The notes below the pieces were generated by a model. That model searched no databases and was not told the DNA's origin. It saw only the letters and a program-made list of their open reading frames with translations. Below, one piece after another: positions 22,494-33,200 of a DNA stretch of 64,000 nucleotides. The stretch lies in contig JANHCV010000008.1 in the NCBI GenBank assembly GCA_025594325.1, positions 744,001 through 808,000 of the forward strand. The letters are read 5' to 3'. Every line of letters begins with the position of its first letter. The first letter of the stretch is position 1. Made by a program: the position numbers and the translations under genes. The DNA comes from Blastocladiella emersonii ATCC 22665 (Eukaryota; Fungi; Blastocladiomycota).

Positions 22494-24932
22494 ATGGCGA
22501 CTCGTGGCAGCGGCGGGCGTACCGCAAAGGCCGCATCGAGTTTGGCATCTACGCCAGCATCTTCATCGGGCACCAAGCGGCCCGCTGGTTCAACGGCCAG
22601 CGGCAAGGCCAAGAAGGCGCGCACTGGTGCCGCGCCGAGTTCCTCGCGTTCCAGCAGTTTGGGCGGGGTCGGCGGCAAGGGCGACTCGGCCGAGGTCGTT
22701 CAAGGACATGTTCTTCACGGTCGGCAAGAAGGGCTCCCCCCCGGAGCTCGACCTCAAGGAGATCTCCAACCTGCGCACGCTGCTCCTGTTCACCCAGCTC
22801 GCCATGGACAAGAAGATGGACTTTGAGGACGTGCTCAAGACCTACACGGAGGCGTACAACAAGCTCGAGTACGGCAAGGCCGTGTGCAAGCTCTGCTTCG
22901 TCATGTGCCCTGAGCGCTCGTTGTTCTCCAAGTCCAAACCGGGCGGGTGGGGCAACCTTGGGAAGCACATGCTCAACCACCACCCCATGTTCGTCAAGCA
23001 GAGCCCGTGGTGCGCCAAGTACTACAATAAGCACAAGGGCAGCGCGTCGTCGGTCCCCCCGACGCAGTCCTTGGTCAACACCATGTTCAACAGCGCCCGC
23101 GGCAGACCCGTGTCCGCCGCGACGCAGGCCGCGTTCGAGGAGGCGCTTGTCAAGTTTGTGAGCTCCAAGGACCAGTCGATTTCGGTCGTCGAGTCCAAGT
23201 CGTTCCGCAAGCTCATTGGGACCGTCTGTCCCGATATCAAGATCCTGCACCGCACGGCCACGTCCAACTGCATCCTCCGCGCGGCGATCCGCGTCAGCGA
23301 CCGCACGCGCGCCCTTCTCGCGCTGCGCATCTCGCTCATCACGCTCATGATTGACGGCTGGACGTCCTCCAACTCGCTCGCATTCATTGGTACGTTTTTT
23401 TCTCCTTCTTGCGCGTCTGGGTCCAGCTTCTGCACGGCGCGAAAGTGCAACGCCGGCGTTGCACTTTTGCTCGGCGCGAAAGTCAGACGCTGGCGTCGCA
23501 CTTTTGCTCGGCGCGAAAGTCAGACGCTGGCGTCGCACTTTTGCTCGGCGCGAAAGTCAGACGCTGGCGTCGCACTTTTGCTCGGCGCGAAAGTCAGACG
23601 CTGGCGTCGCACTTTTGCTCGGCGCGAAAGTCAGACGCTCGCGTCACACTTTCGTGCCAGCCCTGTCCCGTTCCTCGGATCAAGATGACTGACACCGCGC
23701 CGTGCGTTCTCACCTTAGGTATACGTGCTTCATTCATTATTCTTGTGGACGGGAAGTGGGAGCGTCACGAAAGTGTGCTTGATCTTGTGCCAACGGATGA
23801 GAAGACTGGTGAGGGAATTGCGCAGACCATCCTCAACGTGCTTGGCGACTACAACCTCGGCCTCGACCAGATCTTTTTGATTGCTGCTGACAATGCTTCG
23901 GCCAACAAGGCCGCGCTCCGGGTTCTTCAGGATGAGCACGGCGGCGACCATCTCGTTCTTGTCTTTTGTGTTCAGCACAGCGTTAACCGTAGTGTGCAGC
24001 GCGACATCAGCATCTTTCACCACGTGTGCCCCAAGTTCAAACCCATGGTTCATGAAGGCCCAGGGGACCAAGACTAGGAACAGCTCCGTATAAGACTCGG
24101 TGTATACTTCCGCCGTTTGGCTTCCCCGAGCAAATGAGGAGAGCGAGGGCAAATTGGAACAACAGCGAGGGGTGGGGCGGCGGTGCCGCTGCACGCACTG
24201 AGCGTGTTGATTGAGGTCACTTGGCGTCACCTGATCTGGTCGCAACAGTTCATGCCCTTTACCACAAAACTCACCTTTGCACCAAGCTCTCGGAGGCGTG
24301 CGAGACGCTCCTGGGCGCCAAAATGACGGTCCGCAAGGACGTGAGAACGCGCTGGTGGAGCACGCTCAAGGCCATTGCGTGCGTGGTTGACGCAAAGAAG
24401 GGAATTATTTCCGTTGCCAAGAACAGCAAACTGCCCGAGCTCCAGCTTGACGCCAAGGATTGGTCAATTCTCGAGGCCTTCAAGAGTTACTTTTGAGGAA
24501 ATCTTCACGGCCACCACCCCACTCAATGATAGCATCAAGACCTGGACGCTTCCCCTTGGTGCTTACACGTTTGAAAAGATTTTCCATTGCGCAGAAAAGC
24601 AAATCAAGGCGTACCTCCATCCTGACGATTTCGTGCGCTTCACGGACATGAACAACATTGCCAATGACAAGGTAGCCTGCAAGCAGTCGCCTCTTGACTT
24701 CTGGCGCGAAAGGCGGGAGTCGTTCCCAGAGCTTTCCCGCGTTACGCTTGACCTGCTCGCTGTCCCAGCTACGACAACTAGTGTTGAACGTCTATTCTCT
24801 GTCTGCCGAACTGTTCTGCGGCACAACCGTAGCCGTCTTGGTGCCAAGATGTTCCGCTCCATTGTCCTGAACAAAATGGAGCTCCTTGACCGCGAGGCAG
24901 CAGAAGCCGCTGCCAAGTGCAAGCGCAAGTAG
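22494..24932 (+). mobile_element. hAT-superfamily transposase, defective
   Basis: BED finger CKLC...HMLNHH, DGWTS, DNASAN, CVQH, TRWWST and dimerisation region FWRE...FPELSRVTLDLLAVPATTTSVERLFS. In-frame intron 23390..23718. Frameshifts near 22690 and 24491, stop at 24075. TIRs not identified. Confidence 0.9.
23425..23655 (+). repeat. 37-bp minisatellite (~6 units) inside the hAT intron
   Basis: CACTTTTGCTCGGCGCGAAAGTCAGACGCTGGCGTCG starts at 23462, 23499, 23536, 23573 and 23610, with degenerate units on both sides. Confidence 0.95.
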
Positions 24933-25254
24933 TTGTGAACGTTAGGTGTTTGAATCCTTCCCCCTGTTAAAATATAGTCATAGTCCTTCTTAGTCCATTG
25001 ATCCACCCTTGTCCCTATTTGCCTCAGAGAAGTCACTCGTTTTTGCACGTTGGCGGTCCTTTCTGTGAGACATCATCATTGTTAAATCTGTTGCGCAATT
25101 TCTGCATGTTGATGTGTGTGCATTTAAAGTAAGGATTATAGTTGCAACGTTTTCTGACTGCTGTTGTCTTCCACAAGCTTTGTGGGCGAATTAGCGCCTT
25201 AAATGCAAGAAGAGAAATTGGTATCGCTAACCTGATCCTCAGATATCGCTGACA

Positions 25255-26561
25255 CTAGGGGTGTGTGCTTTGCACACTCTGTCTCAGCAGTAGGCGACTA
25301 GGCTGACTTGAAAATATGCTGGACGTCAAGTTCCGTCCGCGTTGAAAGGCGAGTAGTGAATGACGTGTCGAAATCGCCATGTATTAATGAGCTAAGGACT
25401 AGGTAGTGGTTGCCTCCGCCAGACTTTGCAGTCGAGCGTACTCGGCAAGTAAATGTTGATCCTGTGTTTGATTCAGGCCTTGGATACCTGGATCACGCAG
25501 GATCAGGATGTCGTCACCGCGCCGTACACGCGATAGGATCATGTACAGGAAGCGCCACGGTAACGATCCACGCGTCATGTCGGCGAGATCAACGATGACC
25601 TTTTCGAGGGTCATCCCTTGGGCCTTGTGCGCCGTCAGCGCGTACGCGAGCTCGAGCGGGAACTGGGCTCGATGGATCGTCTTGGATGTGCCGGCCACCT
25701 TGTTCTTGAGGCGGAACGAGGCGATCTCGCGGCGCAGCGGGAAGCAGCCGTCGGGGATCCCGGGTAGCTTGGGCATGCGACCCAGATCCTTGTTGGGCCG
25801 GATGATGACTGCATCAATGTCGTTGTTCGCGTCGGTGGCAAAGCCTTCAACACGGCCAATGACGCCGTTGACGATGCCGCGTGAGAAAGCACGGAAGAAA
25901 GAAGCAAGCGATTTTGCCGTCCGCGCACCAGACGCGCTCGCACGCGTGTCGACGTGTGGGAATTCGCCGTCACGCGCGTGCCAACGCGTCGCGCACACAC
26001 GCGTCGCGCACACACGCGCTCCCACGCGTCCAGACGCGTGGGAATTTGCCGTCCGCGCAACGAACGCGCTCTCACGCGCGTGTCTGGCAACGCGCGTGCG
26101 CGTCTCGTGCTAGTGAGACACAAGAGACGCGATGTGTCTCGCGCACGCCACGAGTGCGAGACAGGAGACGCGAGACAAAAAACGCGAGACACAATACGCG
26201 CAAGCGGTGAATTAAATCAAAGCGTCAGGGAAGCGTGTGGATGCCCACGTAGGACATGAAGGACGGAGGAAATGTAGAGGATATGCACAGTGGCCGCGGG
26301 AGGAGCGGGAAGAGTGAGAGGTCAGGTACACGGAGAGTATTCCGACGTCGAACTGTGCCCCAGACGATTTTAGTTGAGTTTCATAGAGTGAGAGGGTAGA
26401 TTTATTAAGAGGATTTGGAGAAAATTGAGGAGAAGATAATTCGAGCTCGACCGAGACGCGTCGCGACGCGTGTTGATGGGAGTGGCAGAAAAGTCAGGCG
26501 TGCCAAATGGCCCAGCTTGAGCGCGAATTCAGCTCCACAGAAACTCAGCCTACTGCTGAGA
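25255..26561 (-). mobile_element. Non-autonomous Helitron (Helitron2-like), copy 2, full length 1307 bp
   Basis: 5' TCTCAGCAGTAGGC; 3' GCCTACTGCTGAGA-CAGA-GTGTGC AAA GCACAC-ACCC-CTAG. No target-site duplication; T on both flanks; helicase C-terminal fragment 26025-25399. Confidence 0.92.
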
Positions 26562-26564
26562 AAA

Positions 26565-27437
26565 ATGGCATCGAATGAAAGCGACTCCCTGCAACATGTT
26601 CCGCTTGAGCAACTTAGTCCCGTGGACTACCGACCCGAGAAACCTGCACTGTCGCCATTGTCGCCCTCCGCGCCGCCGTCACCTCGAACCGCCTCTGCGC
26701 GACCGCTTCAGTTCCTGGACCTCCCGCAAGACATTCTCGCGAGCATTTTACAAGCAGTTCTCGAGTACGCAGGGCCTAGTTCTTTTCTGGTATTGACCAG
26801 GGCCCACAGAACGCTACGTGTCTTGTCAATCAAGCATCCGTCCGTGTACCTCCCAAGCGTCCATCTGGTGTTGTCCCTTCCTTACGGGACCGATCGCCCC
26901 GAGCTTAGCGTGAGAAGATTACTCTCCGGGAGCCTCGCACTCGTTCTCGGGGGTCTTCGCCAACATCTCAACACATTCCGGCTTCCCTGCCCGCCGATTC
27001 ATCTTACACTCTTGCCGCAGCCTGCACAGTGCCAGCCACGGTTGGACGACGAGCAAGTTCTTTCGGCTCTCTACCCTCTCATCAACTCCATCCAAACCAT
27101 GTTCAATCCGAAACACCTTACGGCTGACATGTCGCTGCTCGAGGAGCCCGTAACGACCGCGCTTTTGATGCTGCGCGCTCAACCGATCAGTCTCAAACCC
27201 GATTCAGCTGATGCTATGCGCTTCACTCATCGGGCCTCGGAGTTCTGGGCCGGCGCTGGAATGGAATGGCTCATTGGGAACGTGCCCCGCTTCGCACTTG
27301 TTACTACGTGTTCGGGCTGTGCGTTGCGAGCAGTACTTGGAGACATAGTCGGCTGGCGCTGTTCGGGCTGTTCATCGGACGACCACCAAAACGATCGGAC
27401 TCGCGACGCGAATCAGCCGCCGAAGCATCAGTGCTGA
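26565..27437 (+). CDS. F-box-motif protein, paralog of 43884 (diverges after ~190 aa)
   Basis: MASNESDSLQHVPLEQLS...LQFLDLPQDILASILQAV aligns with MASDENDSLQHVPLKQLS...LQLLDLPQDVLARILHAV. ATG is 3 bp from the Helitron 5' end. Confidence 0.65.
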   Translation: MASNESDSLQHVPLEQLSPVDYRPEKPALSPLSPSAPPSPRTASARPLQFLDLPQDILASILQAVLEYAGPSSFLVLTRAHRTLRVLSIKHPSVYLPSVHLVLSLPYGTDRPELSVRRLLSGSLALVLGGLRQHLNTFRLPCPPIHLTLLPQPAQCQPRLDDEQVLSALYPLINSIQTMFNPKHLTADMSLLEEPVTTALLMLRAQPISLKPDSADAMRFTHRASEFWAGAGMEWLIGNVPRFALVTTCSGCALRAVLGDIVGWRCSGCSSDDHQNDRTRDANQPPKHQC

Positions 27438-27797
27438 ACCTGCCGCAAGCTCTCCTCGAACTGCGCCCCGCTCGAAAATGTTTGCCAGCGCGAGGGCCAC
27501 GCTTCGCCTACTTCGTACCGCGCTTTCTACTGCGCGGCTTGCGCCCCTCGCGTTCGCGGGCTCGGATGCAACTGGTTCTTCTACAAGAACGGCGGCGATC
27601 CCATGTGGCCGTGCCACGCTTCACTCGCGACCGATCAAGCTTGACCTGATTCTACCGAGCAGTCGACTCTTGAGACCAAGTAGCATCCGTTAGAGTTACG
27701 CTCGAGCCCTGCTCGGCGTGTGGCTCTCCTTTGAACAAATACATTCTCATCTGATTTGTTCCGTGTTCGCTCGGTCGACTCTCGTGGATTCGAAACG

Positions 27798-28065
27798 TCA
27801 ACCGTCGCATCGACGCCTTTCGCCCGATTCGACAGCTCGACGTGCGGTGCGCCATGCGTGTGAGTGGCCCGACGCGAGGTGAATATAAGCGACAACCGGC
27901 CGTTCGAGCAGCCAGTCGACGAGCGCCCGCAAGTCAGCAGCAAACTCGGTTCCGAGGGCGCCAGCAGGGTCAGCAATCGCATCGACTAGCTCGCGGTACA
28001 GTTGCACGGGCGGCGGAACGGATCGGTGGTCGACCTTGAGGTGCGCAATGACGCTGTTGCTCGCC
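27798..28065 (-). pseudogene. Family X orphan last exon (copy h)
   Basis: TAG acceptor then ASNSVIAHL...LYRELVDAIADPAGALGTEFAADLRALVDWLL, homologous to exon 5 (LY...ALHD..G.LG.QFA.DA.ALLD). Confidence 0.55.
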
Positions 28066-28346
28066 TAGGATCAGGCGAGACTAGATCAGAGAGGACAAGC
28101 CGTACCCGCAGCCCGTTTCAAACACGTTAACTTTTGAACCATGGAACTCGTGCCACCCGGAACGGTCCGACGCAAGCAATATATCCGCAAGCGTAGAGGC
28201 AGGCTGTACGTAGCGGACCCGCTGGGCGATTTCCATCGAACGCGTTGCGCCACTCAGCTGACGCGGGTGAAACATCAGAGCGGTCGCTCGGTTTCCGCCG
28301 ACCACGCTCCCTCCCTTCAACGGAGCAGCCGAATTGACTCAACACC

Positions 28347-29340
28347 ATGGAACCTGATGCAATGAAACTGGTCCGGCGGAGCAAGCGTATCCGCGAAATG
28401 ACCGAGGCCGAGACCGAGACTGCGTCTTTGGAGCTACCTGCCGCCGACGCGGCTCCAAGGCCTCGCCTGCGCCGCCGTGCTGGGCGGCACGGTGCTGCGC
28501 TTCCGGATGTATCGCAGACATTGGATGTTGAGGAAGCTCTCGGCGGCGACGAGCGGTCGAGCGCAGCTGGTTGCAGCGAGCGCGACCTGGACTCGGACGA
28601 TGCTGCTTCGGACCGAAGTGCGGAAGAGGCGGAGGTTGAGGCTGACGAGGGCAAACACGATGAGGAGGACGTTCAAGTCCGCGGGTACGCCTTGCGATTC
28701 GCTTTCCCAAGTTCGTCCAATCTACAATCTGATCCATTGTCTCGATCATGTGTAGCTCGTCGCGCAGGCGCCGGCAGTCAGCTATCCCACTGCGCAATAT
28801 TCCTCTGCGCGTCAAAGTGCAAATTCGGGTTAGCCGGTTCGTGTACGGGCCGTTTGTCGACGCTTCCACCCTCGAAGCGCACTACTATGCCGATTATCTC
28901 GAAGTCTTCGGCGATGACGAGTCGGTACTGAGCTTTCAAGAGGTACCCGCTCATGCGCCTTGTTTGCTGTAGCTCGCGCTGATCCATTCGATGTGACTCT
29001 AGTACCAGACCCGGTTCACCGCAATCTTCCGCGACAACCACACGTGCATCCTCGCTGTTGCGAAAGCGATTCTCAAGGACCAGGAGTTGGCCCATCTTCG
29101 TCCAAATCTGCCTTCCATCGAGTCGGCTGACCAGTGCCGAACGCTTGCCTTCAATTTGCACTGGATGCTCCAGGCGCCGGCCGACGGTAGCGAGGAGGGT
29201 CGCCTGCATCCGTTCCTTGCTGAGCTTTTCCGCCGAGCAACGAAATGGACCAAGGGCGCGTACATGCTGCTCCGGTACGGGCATTCGCCAACTCACCTCC
29301 GCTCCGCGTCCACGCATCGTCTAGTCAACTTTGTTGGGCC
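28347..29340 (+). pseudogene. Family X copy b (exons 1-3 and start of exon 4, truncated)
   Basis: MEPDAMKLVRRSKRIRE; IPLRVKVQIRVSRFVYGPFVD..YADYLEVFG; LHPFLAELFRRATKW. Similarity stops near 29340, where the decayed midasin tail arrives from the other strand. Confidence 0.65.
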
Positions 29341-29344
29341 GGCC

Positions 29345-30288
29345 GACAGACGTGTTGCAAAGAATGAAGAAGATTCTGTATTGAGCCCGTGGGCGTGGAA
29401 GGAGAGAGCTTGCAGATGCCGCCGTGATGGTGGGCGAAGCGGCACGGGGCGGCGGCAAGCGAGCGCGCGGAGGGTCGGGCGAGCAAAGCCATGGCGGATA
29501 CGGTCGCACAGGTCGGCGAACGTGAGCGAGGCCTGGTGGTACATAAGCAGCAGTGATGATGGCGCACCCGTAGTGGGACGCGCGCGTTGCCGCGCGGAGA
29601 ACTCGTCGGCCGAGTCCGACAACGATGGAGTCGCAGCAGCGATGTCGACCATACCGACGCTGGCCGCTGAACCGGGGATTCTTGTGTGCGGCGCGGCCGA
29701 CCGACTGGCCGTCGGCAGCAGCGAGTGCGAGGGCGAGGGTGAGTGTGGGCGTCGCCGCGAATGAGTACCTCGATACGGCCGACTGCGTCCAACGGCGCGC
29801 GGCTCGCGGCGCGGCGGCTAGCTGGCAAACACGCACAGGCGGTGCGCAGGCTCCTTGCGCTACATGCGCGAGGTGCGGCGCACGAGCGGGCGCGACTGGC
29901 CGTGATCGCAAACGCGACAGGCCGTGAGCACGAACGCGACAGTGGGCCAGTCCTGGACGGGAGCAAACTCGGGCTGGGGCGGCGGCGGCTGCCGCGGCGC
30001 GATCGCAAGAAGCGCCACGCCCTTGGGCCACCGTGGCGAGGGACACGGCATGGGCGCAGCCGCGGTCGCGCATGAGCTCGCGCGGGTCGCCGCCGATCTA
30101 GAAGTTGGCGATGCGGCGGATGTCAGCGTGGGTTTCGTGAAGCACGACTTGGCGTCGGGCAGGCGCTATGCCGCGTCCTTGCCGGCGCGGTCAGCGACGT
30201 TATTGTTGAGCGGGTATCGTCGTCGCCGTGGCCGCGAGCCCGCGGAGATCTGCAGCTCGAGCTCGAGGTTGCCCTGCAGCTGGCGCGT
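29345..30288 (-). pseudogene. Probable decayed continuation of midasin
   Basis: After the TAA the frame reads TRQLQGNLELELQIS. Further on, LHETHADIRRIANF*IGGDPRELM, EFAPVQDWPTVAFVL and SLLLMYHQASLTFADL occur in shifting frames with stops; they loosely resemble midasin linker text (inference). Confidence 0.5.
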
Positions 30289-33200
30289 TTAGTGGTGGAC
30301 GAGCGAGAAGCGCGTGGCCGGGTCGAGCGGCGACGTGGGCACCGCGAGCTCCATGAACGCGAGCCCGAGGTGGATCCACGCGAGCCCGAGCTGCTCGAGG
30401 TTCGACGTCTCGGTCGCGACAATCTCGGTCGCGCTCGCGATGCGCGCTTCCGCGTGGGGCGTCGCGGGCACGTCGCGCAGGAGGTGCATGCGCGCGGCAA
30501 CGAGGTCGCGCTCGAGCGCGGCGAGGTCGAGCTGCAGGAGGTCCTGGTGGTCGAGCATGAGCATGGCCGTCGACTTGAGGCGCGCCGTGATGGTCTCCAT
30601 GGCGATGACCGAGGCCTCGGGCGCCGCGGCAATGAGCTCGGCCGACAGCGCCTTGGGCTGCGGGCGCCACAGCGACTGGTCGAGGAACACGCGCTGCACG
30701 TCCGTGTACAGCATGTTCCAGCTGCGGTCGGCCGACTCGGCGGCGCGGTTCTCGCCGAGCGACCACTGGAGCAGGCGCAGGTGCACGGCCTCGGCGAGCG
30801 ACGGCGTGTGGGCCTCGAGCAGGCGGACGGTCGCGGGCGACGCGACGGCGCCGGCGCCGGAGCGGTGCGCGCGGAGCAGGCCCTGGACCATGATCGACGA
30901 CCACACCCACTTGGACACGGCGTGCGATCGGTGCGTCTCGGCGTCAAACGCGGCCTTGACAAGCGACCGGACCGACTCCTCGGCGGCCTGCGGCTCGACG
31001 ACCATGAGATCGTCGGCGTCGCGCGGCAGCTGCTGCTCGGGAGCGGGAGCGGGAGCGGCGGCGGCGGCGAGGTGCGGCTCGATGAGGGCGACGAGACGCG
31101 GGAGGTCCTCGTTGAGCGACGCCTGCTGGGTCGCGTCGCCGAGGAACACGTTGGTGAGCGCGTCGACGGCGAGGTTGCGGAGGTCGACGGGCAGGCGGCG
31201 CACGTCGACGGCGAGCAGGTCCATGACGTGCTGGTACAGCTCGGCGGTGCGCACGGCCCACGGGTGGAGCCGGACCCACACGGCCTGCGACGCCTCCATG
31301 TCGCCGGCGTACACGCGCTGGAGCTGGACGAGGTGCGCGTGGAGCTGCGCGAACGCGGGCGCGGCCTTGGTCGCGTCAATGAGCTGCGAGACGTGCGCGT
31401 CGAGGAGGTCGAGGTTGAGCTCGTGCTGCACGAGGCACTGCGACCACATGGACCACGCCCACAGGAGGACGGGGAGCGCGGTCTCGGCGGACGCCGCGGA
31501 ATCGAGCATCGCGGCGGCCATGCCGGCCTCGAGCGCGCCGAGCAGCGGGTACAGCGGCACGACGACGGGCGGGATCTCGACCTTGGACACGCGGTGCGGG
31601 AGCGCGGTGAAGCAGTGCGACCGCTGCACGACGTTCATCTTCGACAGCTTGAGGTTCGCCGTCTGGTCAAAGACCGACTCCTGCGCGAGCTGCAGCTTGA
31701 TGAACAGCAGCACCGCCTTGGCGAGCACGTGGTTGTCGCGGGCGAAATCGGCCGCGGCCATGCGGTCGAGGAGCACCGCGAGGTGGTCCCCGCTGACGCG
31801 GAGCGGCGCGAGCGCGGGGCTCTGCGCGCGCCAGTCCACCCACGCCGCGAGGAGCGGGCGCCACTGGGCGACGTCGGCGCGCTCCACCAAACAGTCGGCG
31901 GCGGCCGCGAGGTGCGCGTCGGGCACGAGCTGCGACGTGAGGTACGAGAACTTGGCCTCGACGAGCGACGCGAGCGAGTGGTGCAGGAGCAGCGGCGGGT
32001 GCGGGACGATCGGGCCGTCCGAAACCGGTGCAGAGGGAACGGCAGCGAACCCGCTCACGACGGCGTGCAGGTCGGCCTGGGTGTTGTGCGCAGCGAACGC
32101 GACGGCGTGGTCGGCGTCGAACCCGCGCTGGAGCATGTCGGCGACGTAGTCGGTGGCCATGACGAACTCGCGGGCCGAGTGGTGGCCGGCGCGGGCGAAC
32201 CGGGCGAGCATGGACTCGCGCAGCCCCGCATCGCGGATGCCCTTGACCTCGAGCAGCTGGGCGAGGACGTGCTCGTCGCGCATCCACTGGCCGTCGACGA
32301 GCGAGATTTCGACACCGCGGTTGCGCATGGCGCGCGAGATCTGGCCGAACTTGGGGTCGAGCGTCATGAACATGCGGAAGTTCGGGTGCGGCTCGACCGT
32401 GACGAACTCGCCGTCGTCCGTCTGCCCGCGCTCGTTGATGAGCAGGTGCCGGTGCGCGGACGCCTCGAACAGCGGGTTGAGCCGGTCGAGGACCGACGGC
32501 GAGCACAGGTTGGCGTTGTCGAGGAGGATCCACTTCCCGTTCTGGACCGCGTCGAGCAGCACGCCGTCGACCCACTCGAACTTGCCCGCGACGCTCGCGA
32601 GCTGCTCGTACTTGGCGACGAGCCGCGCGTGGTGCGGCTGGTGGTCGGGCTGGCCCGTGGCGGTGCACACGTACGCGAGGAGGTCGGTCCAGTGGCGGAG
32701 CTGGTCCACCGTCAAATGCTCGGCGTGCGCGTACGCGGCGAGCTGCGCGAGACTCTCGTGCTCGACGTTCTGGGCGAGCGCGGGCGCGACGCCCGAAACC
32801 ACTGCCAAAACACGGCGCGAGTCGGCGGCGAGCGCGCGCATGAGCTGCTCGAGGCACCGGGTGCGGTCGACCTGCTCGAACCCGCCGAGGAGCTCGAGGG
32901 CGTCGACGGACGAGTTCATAGCGAACTCGACGAGCGCGTTGCCCGTGAGCGCGGCGGCCGCGCGGACGAGTTCCGTCTTGCCGCTGCCCGAGGGGCCGAT
33001 CACCATGGACATCCACCCGGCGTGCACGCTCGTGAGCAGCGCGTGCAGCGGGCGGAGCATCGAGTGCGGGACGAGCACGTGCTGGGCGGCGAACGCCGCG
33101 CCGGCGCCGGCGCCCGCACCGGTGGCGCGCGGGACGGTGACGCTGCCGACGGCGACCGACTCGGGGGTGACGAGCAGGTCCGGGTTGGCGGGCGTGAGGT

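Noticed and set aside
1921-24495. Programmed ribosomal frameshifting in Y-family and neighbouring genes
   Set aside because: Shift positions differ among paralogs, Y5 needs none, and several fall in short homopolymers (about 1930, 4464, 8605, 24491), so mutation or read error is more likely. Raw reads should be checked.
22330-25254. Terminal inverted repeats and 8-bp duplication for the hAT element
   Set aside because: No match found between 22330-22400 and 24932-25254, so the element boundaries are not called.
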